Positions 26,471 to 36,423 are shown, numbered from the stretch's first letter. The stretch is DNA of 64,000 nucleotides from a virus (IMGVR_UViG_3300042868_014220); one strand, 5' to 3'. Notes: generated by a model from the sequence alone, not told the origin. A program made the numbers and translations.

Positions 26471-26710
26471 TTACCAAATTGTATTTGCAGGTCCTCTAGT
26501 TAAACCTGTTTCCCATTTCTCACCCGCCTTACCTAACATATTTCCAGGCCCTCTTGTTATCTTATATGAATCCGCCCATTTAGGAACACTACTTGTACTA
26601 CCCCCTCCTGATGGTGCCGCAGCAGCATCTTGTTCACCCATTTCTTCTTTAGACACTCTACTTGAAAGTTTATCAAAAAGGTTAATAAGATAATCTACGT
26701 CTAAATTCAT
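26471..26710 (-). CDS. Small hypothetical protein
   Basis: ORF. Confidence 0.4.
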   Translation of the reverse strand: MNLDVDYLINLFDKLSSRVSKEEMGEQDAAAAPSGGGSTSSVPKWADSYKITRGPGNMLGKAGEKWETGLTRGPANTIW

Positions 26711-26751
26711 AGTTATAAATATTTTAGTATTTGGAAAAAAACTATTTATGT

Positions 26752-27057
26752 TTAATACAATTCAGGTTTTGGTAATGATTTTGGATTTATTTCGTAATAT
26801 TCATTTAAAAACGAAACAAGCTCATCTTCATCCAATTCTATTTTAAGTTCTTCATCAAAAACTTCATCGTCGTCAAATTCATCGTCATAAAATCCAAAGA
26901 TTTCTGATTCAAGAACGAATCCGTATTCTTCGGTGATTGAATAGTCAATGTTATCAGTTCTAAGAACGTCATCCTCATCATCAAATGTTCTAAAGGATAC
27001 TTCAAGTATATTTGACTCAGAGTTCAAAAAATACGATACAATTTCTTTAATTTCCAT
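26752..27057 (-). CDS. Highly acidic small protein (DNA-mimic candidate)
   Basis: Runs of D/E: FGFYDDEFDDDEVFDEEL. Confidence 0.5.
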   Translation of the reverse strand: MEIKEIVSYFLNSESNILEVSFRTFDDEDDVLRTDNIDYSITEEYGFVLESEIFGFYDDEFDDDEVFDEELKIELDEDELVSFLNEYYEINPKSLPKPELY

Positions 27058-27104
27058 AGTGTTTAATTTAATAACAAATATTTGGAAAACTTGTAAAAAC
27101 CAAA

Positions 27105-27150
27105 AACGGCATAAAAAAACCCCTAATTTTTTGTTAGGGGTTTTTCTTTA
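27105..27150. terminator. Intrinsic terminator aaaaaaacccctaattttttgttaggggttttt
   Basis: CCCCTAA/TTAGGGG stem plus T-run. Confidence 0.55.
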
Positions 27151-28527
27151 ATTATATTTTTTGAATCTATTAAACATTTCGTTAATCTTGTTCTTTTGAA
27201 GAATAAGTGATTCTTTCAAATCCTCATCAACTTCTTCAAAATCATCTTCTTCGTCTAATTCACTTTCGTATGAGAATTCTTGGTATGGTCCTGCTTTACC
27301 AGGTCCATCACTATCAAAGTCAAACGCTTTTTTCATATCACCATAAATTCCTTGAACACCTGAAACATCTATTTCGTCCAATTCTTCTTCTAACTCATCG
27401 TCAGCCCAAGCAGATTCCATTGTTTCATAATTTTTTTCAGGTTCATAACCATACATATCATCTTCATTTACGTTATAACCACTATTTGGACCACCTGAAA
27501 CAAAATCAAATGCTGGTTCTTCACTATCGACATCCATATCATCTGCGTTTCCGCCTTGTTCATCAAGTTCTACTTCATCTCTTAAACTCTTAATGAAATC
27601 TTCAACACTTTTCTTACCCAATGCATAAGATTCACCTTCATCTTCACCTTTAAAACTATACATACTTCCACTTTCAGGATATTTGTGTTCGTCTCCAAAT
27701 TCAATTTCAGCGTGACGAGCAGGTGATTTATATTTGTATTTATTTCCTTTAACTAAATCGTTAACATCAATTTCATCCATTTCACTACTTTGAATGTCCT
27801 CAAATCCATCATCTTCATTATCAGGGTCTTCCATATCATCATCAGTATATGATGACTCATAATCCATAAAATCATCATCACTACTTGGGAAATCCATATC
27901 ATTATCTTCTTTGTATAATTTTTTATGACTTCCTTCAAAAGTTCCGTAGTCGTTTCCGCCACCTTCAACGTAATCAAAATCACCTTTTTTCAGGTTTAAA
28001 TCTCTTACACTATAGATGTCATCTAAATGACCTGTTTCTTCTTCCATTTTTCCTGAACCACATTGTTCGCAAACATCTTCTTTCATAGTACCGCCACATT
28101 GTTCACACATTTCGGAACCTTCCACGTATTCTTCTTCCATTTTTCCTGAACCACATTGTTCGCAAATACCTTCATACATTTCACCACCACACTCACACAT
28201 ATTACCTTCCTCAAGATATGATTCTTCCATATGTCCGTAATTACATTCGGTACACATACCATCCATAATCATTGCACCACAATCATCACAAACTTCTTTC
28301 ATTTCAACTTGTTCGTTGATTCCCATATTGGTGTATTTTTTAACTTCACCTTTGTTGTTAACAACCATACCATCTTTATCACTTATGTCATCATAAACAT
28401 ATAATGGTTGAGTGTTTGATACCTGTGGTTGCATTGTTTGGTATCCGTTATAAACGCTTTTGTGTTGGTTCAAAATATCTGACTTTTCAGTTGGAGATAA
28501 TTGACCTAATCCGAAATATCCTCTCAT
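27148..28527 (-). CDS. Extremely acidic protein with four tandem CxxC..CxxC zinc-ribbon-like repeats
   Basis: CDDCGAMIMDGMCTEC / CECGGEMYEGICEQCGSGKMEEE / CEQCGGTMKEDVCEQCGSGKMEEE; underlying ~36-bp DNA direct repeats at 28037 and 28131. Confidence 0.55.
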   Translation of the reverse strand: MRGYFGLGQLSPTEKSDILNQHKSVYNGYQTMQPQVSNTQPLYVYDDISDKDGMVVNNKGEVKKYTNMGINEQVEMKEVCDDCGAMIMDGMCTECNYGHMEESYLEEGNMCECGGEMYEGICEQCGSGKMEEEYVEGSEMCEQCGGTMKEDVCEQCGSGKMEEETGHLDDIYSVRDLNLKKGDFDYVEGGGNDYGTFEGSHKKLYKEDNDMDFPSSDDDFMDYESSYTDDDMEDPDNEDDGFEDIQSSEMDEIDVNDLVKGNKYKYKSPARHAEIEFGDEHKYPESGSMYSFKGEDEGESYALGKKSVEDFIKSLRDEVELDEQGGNADDMDVDSEEPAFDFVSGGPNSGYNVNEDDMYGYEPEKNYETMESAWADDELEEELDEIDVSGVQGIYGDMKKAFDFDSDGPGKAGPYQEFSYESELDEEDDFEEVDEDLKESLILQKNKINEMFNRFKKYN

Positions 28528-28602
28528 AGTTTTTTATTTATAAATATCCATAAAAAACCATTTTTATTTGACACACGAAAAAATAAGATTTATCTTTATC
28601 CT

Positions 28603-28860
28603 ATGGGTTTAATAGAAGATTATAATATTGATGAAATTGCCGATGGTGCAATATTATTGGACGGACTTGAAGAAGCAATTATTGGTGTTGTTGAAGAGTT
28701 TGGAAATGGTCCAAGAGTTTTATATTCTAAAAACAAAGTTTTGGATATTCTCTCTAAAAGAGATGGTATGACTTGGTCTGAGGCTGAAGAATTTTATGAT
28801 TTCAATATTTTGGGACTTTATGCTGGAGAACAAAATCCAGTTTTTTTAATTACAGAATAA
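28603..28860 (+). CDS. Small hypothetical protein
   Basis: ORF, TTATCTTTATCCT immediately upstream. Confidence 0.45.
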   Translation: MGLIEDYNIDEIADGAILLDGLEEAIIGVVEEFGNGPRVLYSKNKVLDILSKRDGMTWSEAEEFYDFNILGLYAGEQNPVFLITE

Positions 28861-28876
28861 TGCATATCTTTGACCC

Positions 28877-29551
28877 ATGATTAAGATAGATAAAGATTTC
28901 AAAGGTGATGTGTGGATTTTTTCTGACCCCCACTATAACCACACAAACATTTGTCGTGGTATTACCAACTGGCGTTTACTTAACGGAGAAATTCCAGTTG
29001 ACCAAACTCGTGATTTCCCGAGCTTAGAAAAGATGAACTCATCAATTGTTAACAACATCAACGAAGTTGTTATGCAGGATGACATTTTAATTTGTCTTGG
29101 TGATTGGAGTTTTGGTGGTTTTGAATCTATTAGAGAATTTTGGGATAGAATTGTTTGTAAAAACATTCACTTAATTTTTGGAAACCACGACCATCACATT
29201 GAAAACAACAGACAAGGTTGTCAGGGTTTATTTAAGAGTGTATCTCACTACAACACATTAAAGATTGGTGAATACACATTCCGTTTGATGCACTACCCAA
29301 TCAGTTCTTGGGACGGTTTAAATAAAGGTGTTATGCATCTTCACGGACACTGTCATCTTCCAACCAACTTAAGATTTGGTAAGGGACAAAGAATGGACGT
29401 TGGAATGGATGGTCACCCTGAGTTCCGACCATACCACATTGTTCGTGAAGTGGTTCCTTTGTTAAAGAACAGACCAAAAGTATCCGAAATGGATAATGAC
29501 CACCACACAGATGAAATCACAGGTAGAGAAAAAGATAATAAATTTTTATAA
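28877..29551 (+). CDS. Calcineurin-like metallophosphoesterase
   Basis: GDWSFGG, GNHDHH, LHGHCH motifs. Confidence 0.7.
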   Translation: MIKIDKDFKGDVWIFSDPHYNHTNICRGITNWRLLNGEIPVDQTRDFPSLEKMNSSIVNNINEVVMQDDILICLGDWSFGGFESIREFWDRIVCKNIHLIFGNHDHHIENNRQGCQGLFKSVSHYNTLKIGEYTFRLMHYPISSWDGLNKGVMHLHGHCHLPTNLRFGKGQRMDVGMDGHPEFRPYHIVREVVPLLKNRPKVSEMDNDHHTDEITGREKDNKFL

Positions 29552-29563
29552 AAATAAAAAAAA

Positions 29564-30511
29564 ATGTCAAGAATAGATAAATTAAAAGAACAACATCCTG
29601 AACTCAATGTCAGTGTAATTGATTTGTTGTCTAAAGTAGACCCAACAGATTCATACAAATACACCGAATTTTTGGTTAAAAAACTTAAATCGTGGTATGG
29701 TAATACCACCATAGAAAAAACTCATATTGCTATGGGTATTGAATTGGTTGGTGAAGAAAATACAAAAATTTTAAATGAGTTTGAGATTCATTCAAAGGCG
29801 GGTAGAATTAAGAAAAATGATATAAGTCAACATAAAGATTTTGGTTCATTGTCAGAGTCAGTTAAAGAAGCTGAGGAAATCGTTAAGTTGAAAGAAGCGG
29901 AAAAACAAACTGTCAAATTGATGGATACCGATGAATATTGTATTGTAATTCCGTTGAGCTATGAAGCATCCAAAATTTATGGGTCAGGTACTAAATGGTG
30001 CACTACTCAAGAAAGACATTGGTATGATTATATAGATAAATACAAATTAATTTACATCATTAATAAAATAACTAACACAAAATACGCGGTTTCAAGAAGA
30101 AAAAATGACGATACCAAAATTCAGGCGTGGTTAGATAATGATAATGAAGTTAGTCCTTTTCTATTACCACTATCACCAGAGGTTATGACAATCATTACCG
30201 ATGAGGTTAAAAAGAATGAATGTGTTAAAGATTTAATAAAGGAGGAAAAATCAGTTGGTTTTAAACCTTCCGCAAATAATATAACTCAATATATTACGAA
30301 ATATCTTAGTAATTCAAATTATGGTTCAAGTGAGTATGGTATGAATATTAACATGCTTCAAGACCTACTACAATATAGTCATAATCCATTCGGAGGAGGT
30401 GCTGGTGGTAATGTATACAACAGTTCGGTTGATTTAGCAACTGAAAGTGAAGAATCTGACGATGAAATGTATAGTGAAGATGACAATGATTTAACTAACT
30501 ATGTCTTGTAA
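29564..30511 (+). CDS. KYGSGTKWCT-family protein
   Basis: MSRIDKLKEQHPELNVSVIDLL N-terminus and IVIPLSYEASKIYGSGTKWCTTQERHWYDY. Confidence 0.6.
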   Translation: MSRIDKLKEQHPELNVSVIDLLSKVDPTDSYKYTEFLVKKLKSWYGNTTIEKTHIAMGIELVGEENTKILNEFEIHSKAGRIKKNDISQHKDFGSLSESVKEAEEIVKLKEAEKQTVKLMDTDEYCIVIPLSYEASKIYGSGTKWCTTQERHWYDYIDKYKLIYIINKITNTKYAVSRRKNDDTKIQAWLDNDNEVSPFLLPLSPEVMTIITDEVKKNECVKDLIKEEKSVGFKPSANNITQYITKYLSNSNYGSSEYGMNINMLQDLLQYSHNPFGGGAGGNVYNSSVDLATESEESDDEMYSEDDNDLTNYVL

Positions 30512-30695
30512 AGAATGTCCTTGGAAAGTTAAAAATAGTCATAATGATATGATTGTGGGATTTTCAATTAAAACTGATAAACCCCACAATTGTCATATGA
30601 CTGATAACGGAGGAAAAAACCTTTGGAATGTAAAAGAAAAAACAAAATGTAATGGAAGAAAAGAATACGAGAAATCTCTTGGTGTTTCAAAATAA
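30501..30695 (+). CDS. Small Cys/His protein
   Basis: CKECPW...HNCH. Confidence 0.35.
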   Translation: MSCKECPWKVKNSHNDMIVGFSIKTDKPHNCHMTDNGGKNLWNVKEKTKCNGRKEYEKSLGVSK

Positions 30696-30713
30696 AACAC
30701 TTATCTTTGTAGT

Positions 30714-31103
30714 ATGAAAAAACTATTCCTACTTCGTGGTCTTCCTGGTTCAGGTAAAACTACGTTATCCGAACAATTAGGAGGTTCTCATTTTGAAACC
30801 GATAAATACTTTATAGATGAACACGGAAATTATAATTTTGATGGTTCTAAATTAAAAATGGCTCACAAATGGTGTCAATTGCGTGTTGAGCATTCTATGG
30901 AAGACAATATTGATAAAATTGTGGTCTCTAACACATTCACCCAAGAATGGGAAATGGATACTTACTATGAGTTGGCCAAACAATATGGTTACACAGTGTT
31001 CAGTATCATAGTAGAAAACAGACACGGAGGAATAAATCAACACGGAGTTCCTGAAGACAAACTCCAACAAATGTCAGACCGATTCGAGATTAAATTAAAA
31101 TAA
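30714..31103 (+). CDS. P-loop kinase, polynucleotide-kinase-like
   Basis: Walker A GLPGSGKTT; TAtcTTTG promoter element 4 nt upstream of ATG. Confidence 0.6.
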   Translation: MKKLFLLRGLPGSGKTTLSEQLGGSHFETDKYFIDEHGNYNFDGSKLKMAHKWCQLRVEHSMEDNIDKIVVSNTFTQEWEMDTYYELAKQYGYTVFSIIVENRHGGINQHGVPEDKLQQMSDRFEIKLK

Positions 31104-31108
31104 CAAAA

Positions 31109-31336
31109 ATGCAAACCCTTATATTCAACACCGCAACAAAAAAAGTTAACCTCTTAAACGGACCAAGAGGTAATGCTCAAGTTTTAGAAACTTTTGAAAA
31201 TGTATCCACAGTTAAAGTGGAAGTAAATCATTACGAAATAATGCAAAAATTATCAACAGATGAAGAAGCAAAAAGTGTTCCCGTAATGAGAGTTCCAATT
31301 TCACAAACAAATATGATTTTAATCCATGAAAAATAA
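31109..31336 (+). CDS. Small hypothetical protein
   Basis: ORF. Confidence 0.4.
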   Translation: MQTLIFNTATKKVNLLNGPRGNAQVLETFENVSTVKVEVNHYEIMQKLSTDEEAKSVPVMRVPISQTNMILIHEK

Positions 31337-31547
31337 ATTATCAAACTTTTTAATCGCATTAGTCATTGGTATTCTTGCGATGGAAATGTCACGATTGGCA
31401 TTTCACTTAATGAATCAATCAGACTCATTACTATTTTATTTAGGTCTTTCAATAATTGCCATAGAAATTTTTGTTGGCGGTTGGTATCTTGTTAAATTCT
31501 TAAATAAGAAATTCCCAACAGAAAAAAATGATGAAGAATCAAAATAA
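31326..31547 (+). CDS. Small two-TM membrane protein
   Basis: Two hydrophobic helices. Confidence 0.45.
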   Translation: MKNKLSNFLIALVIGILAMEMSRLAFHLMNQSDSLLFYLGLSIIAIEIFVGGWYLVKFLNKKFPTEKNDEESK

Positions 31548-31583
31548 ATCACTATCTTTGTAATCAATTAAAAAAAAATATAT

Positions 31584-32432
31584 ATGTCAAGTTTTAAATT
31601 AGCGTTAGGAGCAGTAGTTGCAATTGCAATGTCTCTATTATTATTCAACTCATGTGAGCGTATTGACGCAGGTCACGTAGGAGTTAAGGTCAATCTTTAT
31701 GGTACAGGTAAAGGTGTGGGTGATGTTACGGAATGTACAGGTATAGTTTTCTATAACCCTTTATCAACCCGTATTTACGAATTCCCGACGTTTATGCAAC
31801 ATAAGGAGTATATCAAAACAGAAGATGCTGATAACTCGTTTGTTGTAAACTCAAAGGATGGTAGTGAATTTCACGTAGCACCAATCATCAACTATTCAGT
31901 TCAACGTGAAAAAGTTCCGTTTATCTTTGGAAAATATCGTAGGACATTGGAGTCAATTGAAGAAGGATTTTTAAAGACAACTATCTATGACGCGTTCCGT
32001 ATGACGGCAAACTCATACACGGCAGAAGAACTTATCTCAAATCGTCAAATATTTGAAACTAAAGTAAGAGCTAAATTGGATTCGGATTTACTTAAGGAGG
32101 GTTTTATAATTAGTCAATTAACCTCAAACTTAGGATACCCTGAAACGTTCAAGAAAGCGATTGAAGCTAAGAACAACGCGGTTCAACAATCTTTAACGGC
32201 TGAAAATCAAGTTAAGACGGCTGAGGCACAAGCAAAAATCAAAGTGGCAACCGCTGAAGGTAACGCACAAGCAATGTTGGCAACCGCAAAGGCTGAGGCA
32301 GAATCTTACAGATTGAAACAATCCGCAATCACACCGATGTTATTACAACAAATGTGGATTGAGAAGTGGGATGGGGCGATGCCGACTACACAACTTGGTT
32401 CAGGAACCAATATGATGTATAACGTGAAGTAA
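31584..32432 (+). CDS. SPFH/band-7 (prohibitin/HflKC-like) lipoprotein
   Basis: Lipobox LFNSC; band-7 core and Ala-rich coiled C-terminus AEAQAKIKVATAEGNAQA. Confidence 0.65.
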   Translation: MSSFKLALGAVVAIAMSLLLFNSCERIDAGHVGVKVNLYGTGKGVGDVTECTGIVFYNPLSTRIYEFPTFMQHKEYIKTEDADNSFVVNSKDGSEFHVAPIINYSVQREKVPFIFGKYRRTLESIEEGFLKTTIYDAFRMTANSYTAEELISNRQIFETKVRAKLDSDLLKEGFIISQLTSNLGYPETFKKAIEAKNNAVQQSLTAENQVKTAEAQAKIKVATAEGNAQAMLATAKAEAESYRLKQSAITPMLLQQMWIEKWDGAMPTTQLGSGTNMMYNVK

Positions 32433-32512
32433 AACAACTAAAACTATGATAAAAATCCTCATCTTAATCAGTGGGGATTTTTTTATTCCATAATTTTTAT
32501 TATATTTGCATC

Positions 32513-33724
32513 GTGAATCAATTTTTATACACATTAGAACAATACTCAAGGACTGGCCATCTATTCAAACAAGACCATCCTACACTACCATTGTCTATAT
32601 GGAACTACACACCTGAAGTTCAATATGGTCAGTCGTGGGATGAGGTTACTTTGCAGTGTCGTGGATTGGTTACCGATAATGAAGGTAATATTGTTGCTCG
32701 TCCATTCAAAAAATTCTTCAACATAGAAGAAGGTAAACATACTCCAACTGAAGAGTTTGATGTGTTTGAAAAAATGGATGGTTCATTGGGTATTCTTTTT
32801 TATTATGAAGGTGAATTGTTAACTGATGAGGAAAGATATAACATATGGTTTAATAACAATTACGAAACAGGTATGGAAAGGTTCTTTGACCCAAATAAAC
32901 TACCAGAATTTGATAATCCATATTATAAACCAACACCAAAAACAAAAGGTGAATGGATATTTGCAAGTCGTGGTTCATTTACTTCGGACCAATCAAAAAA
33001 AGGTCGAGAATTACTTGAAAAGTATAACTACCAAAGATTGGATACTAACTACACTTATTTGTTTGAAATAATCTTCACCAAAAATAGAATAGTTGTGGAT
33101 TATGGTGATATGGAAGATTTGGTATTACTTGGAATGATACATACCAAAACTGGATATGAGGTTGATATACATTTGGGTAATGATAGAGATATCAGGTTTA
33201 AAAACTTGGTAAGAAATCTTGGATTTAACATCGTTAAAAAATATGATGGTATAAAGGATTACAACGCCTTAAAAGAAATGGTGGAAAACAATGCTGAAGG
33301 GTTTGTTGTTCTATTTTCTAATGGGGATAGAATGAAAGTTAAAGGTGAAGAGTATATTCGTCTTCACAAAATAATGACAAATATATCAACCACTGGTGTA
33401 TGGGAAATGCTGTCTTCAGGTGGTGATATTAACGAACACTTAAAAGATGTTCCTGACGAATTTTATCAAAAAGTTAAACAATATGCAGACAATTTGAAAT
33501 ACGCTTATTTTCAAGTATCAGAGCATTGTGGAAAATCTCACGATTATTTCCGTTATGGAAAATATGGTGATAGGGAAATTGAACCAACAAAGAAAGAATT
33601 TGCGGAGCATGTTATGAAATATTGTCATCCTCCATATCGTGCGGTGATGTTTGCAATGTGGGATGGAAAACCATATGAAAAGATTATTTGGCAAATAATT
33701 AAACCTGAATTTAAAAAACTTTAA
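32513..33724 (+). CDS. ATP-dependent RNA ligase-family nucleotidyltransferase (GTG start after TATATTTG promoter)
   Basis: Motif I KMDGS (KxDG), motif IV EGFVV, motif V KVKGEEYIRLHK. Confidence 0.65.
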   Translation: MNQFLYTLEQYSRTGHLFKQDHPTLPLSIWNYTPEVQYGQSWDEVTLQCRGLVTDNEGNIVARPFKKFFNIEEGKHTPTEEFDVFEKMDGSLGILFYYEGELLTDEERYNIWFNNNYETGMERFFDPNKLPEFDNPYYKPTPKTKGEWIFASRGSFTSDQSKKGRELLEKYNYQRLDTNYTYLFEIIFTKNRIVVDYGDMEDLVLLGMIHTKTGYEVDIHLGNDRDIRFKNLVRNLGFNIVKKYDGIKDYNALKEMVENNAEGFVVLFSNGDRMKVKGEEYIRLHKIMTNISTTGVWEMLSSGGDINEHLKDVPDEFYQKVKQYADNLKYAYFQVSEHCGKSHDYFRYGKYGDREIEPTKKEFAEHVMKYCHPPYRAVMFAMWDGKPYEKIIWQIIKPEFKKL

Positions 33725-33726
33725 CA

Positions 33727-33930
33727 ATGGATAAAAAATTAAAACAAATCTATGATAAAAATATGAATACTAGCTTTGTATTAGATAAAGAAGGGGTATT
33801 TAAATCAATAGAAGAATCATATAATTTGGGGACAAAAGAAGTTTTAGATTGGTTATCTAAAATGGATTACTTATCGGATAATATTGATTATATTATTGAT
33901 GAATGGAATAATAGAAAGGGTAAATCATGA
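33727..33930 (+). CDS. Small hypothetical protein
   Basis: ORF. Confidence 0.4.
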   Translation: MDKKLKQIYDKNMNTSFVLDKEGVFKSIEESYNLGTKEVLDWLSKMDYLSDNIDYIIDEWNNRKGKS

Positions 33931-34121
33931 CAAACGAAAAACATTTAGAAGAAATCTTAATGGACGCTCACAAGTTAAAAATTAAAAACGAAGTTTTTGA
34001 CTTGGTAGATGAAATCTCCAAAAAAAATCCTACAATGTCAATGGTCGATTTATTTGATTTGGCACTAAAAACAATAAAAAACAATGGAATTATTAGCAAC
34101 ACATCCAGTCAAGAAATCTGA
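33927..34121 (+). CDS. Small hypothetical protein
   Basis: ORF. Confidence 0.4.
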   Translation: MTNEKHLEEILMDAHKLKIKNEVFDLVDEISKKNPTMSMVDLFDLALKTIKNNGIISNTSSQEI

Positions 34122-34485
34122 TTTAGGGTTTCACGGAAATTTATTTGGGGGGAAACTTTTATCTTGGGTTGATGCAGCCGTTGCAGCTTATGCAATGGAG
34201 AAATGTCATACCCAAAACATGATTACAATTGCAATTGATGAATGTGTATTCAAAAAACCTGCAAAGGAAAAACAATTGGTTAAAATCTATGCTGAGATGA
34301 CCAGAGTTGGGAACACCTCCGCAACATTTAAGATTGAGGCAAGAGCTTTCAATGTTTTTAGAGGTGATGAGGTCGTTTTATTGGCAACAAAGATGACATT
34401 TGTTAGAGTAGATGAAGAAGGGGTTCCAATACCCATCTCCGAACAAGTTAAAAGATTATTTAAAATACCTGAATCAAAATTATAA
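34084..34485 (+). CDS. Hotdog-fold acyl-CoA thioesterase
   Basis: HGNLFGGKLLSWVDAAVAAYAME typical 4HBT/YbgC-like. Confidence 0.65.
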   Translation: MELLATHPVKKSDLGFHGNLFGGKLLSWVDAAVAAYAMEKCHTQNMITIAIDECVFKKPAKEKQLVKIYAEMTRVGNTSATFKIEARAFNVFRGDEVVLLATKMTFVRVDEEGVPIPISEQVKRLFKIPESKL

Positions 34486-34487
34486 TA

Positions 34488-34688
34488 ATGAAACGAACAA
34501 TATCATCAGAAGAATTTGAAGAAGCTTACATTAAGTATGCTTGTGATGAAGTATCTCATAATACTATGACGAGAGGAGAGTTTTTAAAGAAGATTGAGAT
34601 AGATAAACAATTTTCTAATAGATTCTTTCCCGATTATTTAGAAAATACTTTTGATTGGTCTTATAATAATGAAAGTGAAATTAAATGA
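34488..34688 (+). CDS. Small hypothetical protein
   Basis: ORF. Confidence 0.4.
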   Translation: MKRTISSEEFEEAYIKYACDEVSHNTMTRGEFLKKIEIDKQFSNRFFPDYLENTFDWSYNNESEIK

Positions 34689-34707
34689 TGAATAAAAAAG
34701 AAGACAG

Positions 34708-35334
34708 ATGAATAAAATACAAGTAACACAACCAACATTTCTAATCAATTTAGATAATCCAACAGAAACTAGTTATGTACCTATGGAAGGTAATTGGAAA
34801 ACAATCACATCTCAAACATACCTAAATGGGTTTCCTGAAATAAAGGATGATGAGATTCTTTATGTCTATAAAAATAATAGAGGTTATATCTATAAAAATA
34901 ATATAGGTTATATTGCAATAAGTACAAATAACGAAAAATATAATCAGATTATTGATGATGTTTATAAATCTTATATAAAATCATTTTTTGAAGGACAATT
35001 AAAAGAAAATTATATATCAAGTGGTTATGATTTTGACGATTACTATACAGCTATAATGGATGTTCAAAATTTTTTAGGATTGCCTGGACCAATATCTCAA
35101 AAAGAATTCATCAACAAAATCAAAACAGATGGGGATTTTTCTAAGGAGTGGGGACTAAAGATTGAGGAAAGAGAGTTGAGTTTGGAAGAGAGAACAAAAT
35201 ATAAAAAGAAAAGAGACGGTATCGTTCGTACTTTTGCATCGTATACTCACCAAATGTTAGACGGTTCAAATATCCCAACCAAACTAATCACAATAACATA
35301 TAAAAACGAAACAATAGAAAGTTATGAAAATTAA
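34708..35334 (+). CDS. Truncated ThyA-derived paralog (no catalytic residues)
   Basis: KEFINKIKTDGDFSKEWG...RELSLEER...NIPTKLITITYKNETIESYEN aligns to insertion segments of thyA 36420-37559. Confidence 0.55.
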   Translation: MNKIQVTQPTFLINLDNPTETSYVPMEGNWKTITSQTYLNGFPEIKDDEILYVYKNNRGYIYKNNIGYIAISTNNEKYNQIIDDVYKSYIKSFFEGQLKENYISSGYDFDDYYTAIMDVQNFLGLPGPISQKEFINKIKTDGDFSKEWGLKIEERELSLEERTKYKKKRDGIVRTFASYTHQMLDGSNIPTKLITITYKNETIESYEN

Positions 35335-35536
35335 TAGACCAAAAGATGGTGACTATAGATATAAAACTAAGTTTTTATGGTTCCCTAAAAGATTTGATGG
35401 CGGGTGGTATTGGTTAGAAATTGTAACCATTAGACAAGTATATTTTTATTATGGACTAATCCCAGGATGGTATAATGTGTGTTTGTCAAACCCAGAATCA
35501 GGTCTCCCAATAAGTATTGACCCCATTAAAAAATAG
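35324..35536 (+). CDS. Small hypothetical protein
   Basis: ORF starting in ATAGAAAGTTATGAA context. Confidence 0.4.
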   Translation: MKINRPKDGDYRYKTKFLWFPKRFDGGWYWLEIVTIRQVYFYYGLIPGWYNVCLSNPESGLPISIDPIKK

Positions 35537-35542
35537 AAAGTT

Positions 35543-35872
35543 ATGAATAAAGAACAACAAGAATTGGTGGGTGATGTTTATAAGAACTATGAAAAATGGT
35601 GGAAATCTTACTCTCCAGGTGGTGCTCCAATACCACTATCAAAAGAAAAATTCATCAACAAATGTAAAAACGATACAGAGTTCTCTGGAAGGTGGGGATT
35701 AAAGATTGAAGAACGAGAATTAGATATGATGGAAAGATGGAAGATAGCCGACCTAACACCTAATATGGAAGAATTTGATTTTGCTAATTATATGTGCGAC
35801 AAACACAATATCCCAACCAAACTAATCACAATAACATACAACAACAAAACAATAGAAAGTTATGAAAATTAA
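35543..35872 (+). CDS. Truncated ThyA-derived paralog 2
   Basis: DVYKNYEKWW...EKFINKCKNDTEFSGRWGLKIEERELD...NIPTKLITITYNNKTIESYEN. Confidence 0.55.
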   Translation: MNKEQQELVGDVYKNYEKWWKSYSPGGAPIPLSKEKFINKCKNDTEFSGRWGLKIEERELDMMERWKIADLTPNMEEFDFANYMCDKHNIPTKLITITYNNKTIESYEN

Positions 35873-36059
35873 AATAGATGGAGGTGATTTACTAAGACAT
35901 ATGATGTTTTGGGGTGAAAAGACAGATGATGACTGTATTAAAATGGCAACTAATGATGAAGGTGAATTAAATGCTGAACAAGCTCTTATTAATATGTTGG
36001 AGAGAGATAATGCAGTAGAATTCAATAAGGAAGTTATTGAAGGATTAATGAATCTTTAA
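35862..36059 (+). CDS. Small hypothetical protein
   Basis: ORF. Confidence 0.4.
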   Translation: MKIKIDGGDLLRHMMFWGEKTDDDCIKMATNDEGELNAEQALINMLERDNAVEFNKEVIEGLMNL

Positions 36060-36150
36060 AAAAATATGAATAAATTAGATAAACCCCAACCACCTGCACC
36101 ACCAAAAGATAGAATCTATATAGAATCTTCTTGGTTAGAAACCATAACAT

Positions 36151-36423
36151 TTGGGTTATACAAAACTAAAAAATACCATAGAAAAGATGAACAAATTAGA
36201 TAAACAAGATTTAACTTCAGGTATAATTTACGTACCATATATAATTGAAACAACATCAACTTCAATTAACAACACTACTGTATGGTATAAAAATAAATGG
36301 AAAAATCTATGGTTAAAGATAAAGTTCTTCTTTAAAAAACCTGACGAGTTAAAACGATTTGAAAAATACTCTAAAAAATTAATAGACCCAAAATTTTACC
36401 AAGAAATAAAAATTACAAAATGA
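36151..36423 (+). CDS. Small hypothetical protein
   Basis: ORF. Confidence 0.4.
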   Translation: MGYTKLKNTIEKMNKLDKQDLTSGIIYVPYIIETTSTSINNTTVWYKNKWKNLWLKIKFFFKKPDELKRFEKYSKKLIDPKFYQEIKITK

